Positions 60,368 to 64,000 of a stretch of DNA of 64,000 nucleotides are shown in pieces. The stretch spans positions 320,001 to 384,000 of the forward strand of contig CAWGZR010000005.1 of assembly GCA_963827165.1 (NCBI GenBank), read 5' to 3'. The position numbers and the translations under genes are program-made. The stretch is from Candidatus Bathyarchaeota archaeon. GTDB lineage: Archaea; Thermoproteota; Bathyarchaeia; Bathyarchaeales; Bathycorpusculaceae. The notes under the pieces were generated by a model. The model did not search any database. It worked only from the letters and a program-made list of their open reading frames with translations, and was not told the DNA's origin. Within the stretch, counting starts at the first letter, position 1. Each line of letters opens with the position of its first letter.

Positions 60368-61561
60368 TTAAACGGTTGGTGAGTCAGCATTAGCCCTACT
60401 GTTATGCTCTGGCAAGATATTACTTTCTGTCTGCATCAGCCAATGCACATGGGCCCATATTTTCTCTTGAAAAACTTTTGGTTGAAGAATCGAGATTTTA
60501 CCCCATAGCTCTTCACGTAGTTTGTCCCAAGTGTCGCCGTCAGACTGCGTGGGCTGGACCCACCGGGTAACTTTTTCCTTGAGTTCATCGTATGTTTGCC
60601 ATCGGAACTCATCTGGAATAAACTCGCCTGTTCCGCCGCTTTTATGAACTAAGGTTGCGCATCCGCTTGCTAGGGCTTCCATCGGTGTAATCCCGAAGTG
60701 TTCGCCTTCCATCAAGTGGCAGTAAACTCTTGATTGCTGGTAAAGTTTCACCAACTCGTCGTTTGGCACGTTTGGCTTAAGCGTGTAGTTTGTCGGAAGG
60801 TCTTTTGAGAATGATTCAAACCAGTGCTGCTCCGTTTCTCTTAAGCCGCCCACGCTAAGAAACTGAAGTTGGGGCAGGTCAACCGCCAGTTTTTTCATCA
60901 ACTCGTGCCGTTTCTGGGGGATAAAGCGCCCAACGTATATTACCTGTTTAACGCGGTCTTTTAAGGGGGTTTTGCTCCAGTAAGGGTCCAAGTTGACGGG
61001 TGGATAGGCGACGATGGGTTCGGGGATTCCATCTTTGCACCAATATTTTTCGATCATTCCTTTAGTGTAGTTACTGTTGCAGAAAATCATATCGAGTTTG
61101 CTGATGTCCTTATCAAGCCACTGCTGGTATGGCCAATAGTAAATTTTCCTTATTCGCCCCGAATTCATGTAGCGGTGATGTATTTCTGGAAAATGAACGT
61201 AGGCAACGTTCCATTTTTCCTCGTTGAAGAGCGCCGCTTCAAAAGCGGTCATGGTTTGAGTGGAAAACGCGCAGTCGTATTCTAAATCTTTAATTTTCTT
61301 TGTTAGTTTGATTATTCTACTGCGTCTTTTATAGACGGTGAATGGCGGCTTAACATCTACTCTTCTTCCGAGGCTGTGAACAACTGTGCCTTCTGGCAAT
61401 TTTTCACCCATTATTTGTGCGTAACGCACTGGGTCAAAGTCGAAAGTCAACAATTCGACGTGTTCGCCGTGTTCCAGCAAAGATTTTATGACGTGGTGGC
61501 AGACTCGCTCGCCTCCGCCGTAAATGTCCAAGTTCGGATGAATCACCAGGAATTTTGCCAG
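60368..61561 (-). CDS. GT4 glycosyltransferase (ALG11-like); probable CTG start
   Basis: GGGERV, AYVHFP, NSNYT, YPPV, GRFIPQK, EHFGITPMEALASG. Confidence 0.92.
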   Translation of the reverse strand: MAKFLVIHPNLDIYGGGERVCHHVIKSLLEHGEHVELLTFDFDPVRYAQIMGEKLPEGTVVHSLGRRVDVKPPFTVYKRRSRIIKLTKKIKDLEYDCAFSTQTMTAFEAALFNEEKWNVAYVHFPEIHHRYMNSGRIRKIYYWPYQQWLDKDISKLDMIFCNSNYTKGMIEKYWCKDGIPEPIVAYPPVNLDPYWSKTPLKDRVKQVIYVGRFIPQKRHELMKKLAVDLPQLQFLSVGGLRETEQHWFESFSKDLPTNYTLKPNVPNDELVKLYQQSRVYCHLMEGEHFGITPMEALASGCATLVHKSGGTGEFIPDEFRWQTYDELKEKVTRWVQPTQSDGDTWDKLREELWGKISILQPKVFQEKIWAHVHWLMQTESNILPEHNSRANADSPTV

Positions 61562-61612
61562 TTGCGTGTCCCTCTCAGTCTACAAATCGGTTTTTGTCTA
61601 ATCAAGATTTCT

Positions 61613-63178
61613 CTAATCAACACTTTTTCCGGCCGATTCCGATTCGGATTCCTGGTTAATAGGTGCAGGATTCTTTACTGAGCCATACTTTAGTCGGCTT
61701 CTGGTTCTGCTAACCCAGTTCATGGCAGGAATAAGCCTATCCTTAACGCTCTGCGGCAAGGCATCTTTAAGTTCCCTATGCAAGCCCAATCGAACCGCAA
61801 ATCTGCCATTCCGAGTCAAAGGAATGTAGTAACGTGTTATCGAATACTTGACGAACCCGTTACTTTCTTTGAATCTGTCAAGTGACGGATGGTTTCCTAT
61901 TCGTCCGTACATGAGCCATCGCTGCCCTCTTGATGCGCAGACTTCAACCGCCTTGGCGAGGAGCGCGTTGTTAACTGCCTTGTCCCAGCGCTTCTGCATT
62001 GAGAGTATCTGTGAAATTATGGCTATGTTGTCGCCATATACTATTTGGATGATGCCCACGAGTTCTTGGTTTAGGTAGGCTCCTACAAAACTGGAGTTTT
62101 TGGCGCCTGCATACATGTTGCCAGCAACGGTTTCCATGGGTTCGAGATAGTGCGGGAAAGCTCTCCCTTGCCGTATGGGAGTTTCGTTATTAATTTTCGA
62201 TATGCCCTCTGCGAGATGCGCGCTTGGTTCCGTGACTGATGCTTTTATGCCGCTTTTCTCAGCCTTCTTAACCATGTTACGAGTTTTCTTTCCGACGTCG
62301 GCTAACCAGCTTTCGTATTCTTTTATTTCAAGCAAGGCAACGTTGTCTTCATCTTTTATCCAGTTGCTCGGAGGATTGGGAATTGTGTAGGTCCATTTTC
62401 GCTCAAGAAAAGTGAAGACATCAACACCCAGCGCATACAGCTTTTCAATTAAATCTTCGTTAGGGTTAATGTCTTTTTCATATTCCTTTACTGAACGCGC
62501 TACCTTCACGAAAGAGTTCTTCCTCACTTGCAAGGCATCAAATTCATTTTCTGGTTCCAATATAGCTTTCAAAACGTCGTAGAAAGGACCTCTGTCTGAA
62601 CCCTTCTTGAACAACCACTCAGGATGCATCGACACTATGAAACCTTGCCGCATCCAAGCCTCAACTTCCACTTTGGATTTGTCAAAACCAACCTGAAATC
62701 GTATTCTGTCCAAGCTAAACGTCTTGAAGTCCTTGTCGTCCTGAAAACACTTCAATGGGAAATCTGAAGGTATTTTGGCTTGTTTTTCACCAATTTTGCG
62801 TCCCCACAGTAGTTGAGCAAACACTCGTGAAGTTCCATGTATAGTGTAGTACTGCACGTTTCTGTCGGTTTCGTTTTCGAGGATTTTCCATTCGCGAAAT
62901 GGATCGGTTGCTACGTGCAAGGCAACTTCGTGGCGTTCGGGTTTGAGCAGTTCCAGCAGTTTCTTGTCAGGGATTGTGTATGGGGTGAAGAACCAGTAAG
63001 CCTTAACACCTTTAGGCGACCTGTTGATCATTTTGGCGATGATGCGAGCATTTCTCAGGTAATCTTTGCTTTTCCTGTTTTTGATTCCAAAAGCTAAGTA
63101 AAAGAAGCTTTTTGACCTTGACGGAAAAGGGTAATCCACATCCAACCTTAATTTTACTTGCGTTGTTTTCTCCGTCAA
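61613..63178 (-). CDS. Polysaccharide-deacetylase-like domain fused to a FemAB/GNAT-like domain
   Basis: RLDVD, EVALH, MHPEW; then KKTRNMVKKAEKSG ... SLDRFKESNGF. Confidence 0.7.
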   Translation of the reverse strand: MTEKTTQVKLRLDVDYPFPSRSKSFFYLAFGIKNRKSKDYLRNARIIAKMINRSPKGVKAYWFFTPYTIPDKKLLELLKPERHEVALHVATDPFREWKILENETDRNVQYYTIHGTSRVFAQLLWGRKIGEKQAKIPSDFPLKCFQDDKDFKTFSLDRIRFQVGFDKSKVEVEAWMRQGFIVSMHPEWLFKKGSDRGPFYDVLKAILEPENEFDALQVRKNSFVKVARSVKEYEKDINPNEDLIEKLYALGVDVFTFLERKWTYTIPNPPSNWIKDEDNVALLEIKEYESWLADVGKKTRNMVKKAEKSGIKASVTEPSAHLAEGISKINNETPIRQGRAFPHYLEPMETVAGNMYAGAKNSSFVGAYLNQELVGIIQIVYGDNIAIISQILSMQKRWDKAVNNALLAKAVEVCASRGQRWLMYGRIGNHPSLDRFKESNGFVKYSITRYYIPLTRNGRFAVRLGLHRELKDALPQSVKDRLIPAMNWVSRTRSRLKYGSVKNPAPINQESESESAGKSVD

Positions 63179-64000
63179 GTGCTTTTGAACTTCTCCTTCA
63201 CGTAGTTCATCACGTTTTCAACGCAAGCATCCATATTCAGATACTTGAACTCTGAAAACCTGCCCAAAAGGTCAATTCCCGCCTCATTAAGGTATGTTTT
63301 GACGATTTTGAGATTTGCCTCATAATAAGTATCGTTTAACACGTAAGCATACGTTGAACGCTTAGCTTTGGCAAAGCAAATGGTTTTTTTGTCGATTATT
63401 CCCAAACGGTGCAGGTCGTCTATTGCCTGATTAATGATTTCTTCGTCCTTCATTTTCCAAGTTGCATCGCCTTCTTTGCAGGTTATCTCGGCAAGAACGG
63501 AAGATTTCCCATGAGGCGAAACGAAGGGACTGTAGTTTGAAGGAAAGCTTACACGGTGAGAGAGCGAAGTTTCTTCAGGAATGTAGAGCCAAGATAAATC
63601 GTTGATTTTCGCCACATTCAAGCCTAACATTACGCTAACCAATGAGGTATACTTCAAATCTTCAACCGCTATCCTCACGGCTTTTGGAGCATCCATTGAT
63701 TTGACTATGGCTTGAATAGGCATCGTAGAAATGATTTTGCCGTAAACTTTTTCTTGTTTCCCGTTGGACACAACCCAGCAGTCACCTTCCTTGCGAACTT
63801 TCTTAACTTCAAAACCGGCTACCGCGTTTCCAGCCTGCTTCGCCAGAGAATCGATTACTGATTGGATGCCGCCCAGAAGGGGATAATAAAAGAGTGCCTG
63901 GTGAGTGTAACCCTCTGTTTCTATTCCGAGAGAAGATCTCACGATGTCGGCAACAGGAGGGTTGGGAACGCGTTCCACCCAATCCAAAGTTAGGTCCTCA
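63175..64000 (-). CDS. FAD-dependent oxidoreductase (UDP-galactopyranose mutase / HemY-like), 5' part outside the window
   Basis: WVERVP, FYYPLLGG, GRFSEFKYLNMD; sits in a glycosylation cluster. Confidence 0.8.
   Translation of the reverse strand, partial: EDLTLDWVERVPNPPVADIVRSSLGIETEGYTHQALFYYPLLGGIQSVIDSLAKQAGNAVAGFEVKKVRKEGDCWVVSNGKQEKVYGKIISTMPIQAIVKSMDAPKAVRIAVEDLKYTSLVSVMLGLNVAKINDLSWLYIPEETSLSHRVSFPSNYSPFVSPHGKSSVLAEITCKEGDATWKMKDEEIINQAIDDLHRLGIIDKKTICFAKAKRSTYAYVLNDTYYEANLKIVKTYLNEAGIDLLGRFSEFKYLNMDACVENVMNYVKEKFKST

Noticed and set aside
14991-63097. Many short antisense or alternate-frame ORFs in the ORF track overlapping well-supported genes
   Set aside because: They are shadow ORFs of conserved coding sequence with no motifs or independent start signals.

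Overview
Archaeal chromosome window from the TACK group, most likely Bathyarchaeia. That assignment is an inference from the rps13-rps4-rps11-rpoD-rpl18e-rpl13-rps9-rpoN operon, Pcc1, Hel308 and a tRNA-Glu with a non-canonical 21/22 BHB intron. Bases 1-13146 are the right part of an AT-richer integrated element ending in a tRNA-Leu 3'-end duplication (att). It carries a heavily frameshifted type I R-M system, nuclease and toxin remnants, and a virus-like HTH / ParB / ABC-ATPase / GNAT module with a candidate programmed -1 frameshift. A second, degenerate att at 14532-14556 bounds an islet encoding a membrane-anchored Mrr-like + TIR-like protein. The rest is core genome: ribosomal/RNAP operon, glyA/serA, Dph6 + GATase, LonC, split glutamate synthase, purB, Hel308, IscS/IscU/SufS and glycosylation genes. 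The most unusual signal is a family of five non-coding modules at two loci (17141-17600 and 31851-32217). Each is an array of imperfect repeats with an exact 10-bp period and its own unit sequence. Each is phase-locked to a shared, ungapped ~55-bp anchor motif (YTGCA...AT...ARC...AAA-RCAA-N7-CACAA). One locus lies next to a small putative winged-helix gene whose promoter holds a perfect copy of the adjacent array unit. There is also a candidate structured ncRNA at ~42474-42615. All family assignments come from motif reading, not database searches.
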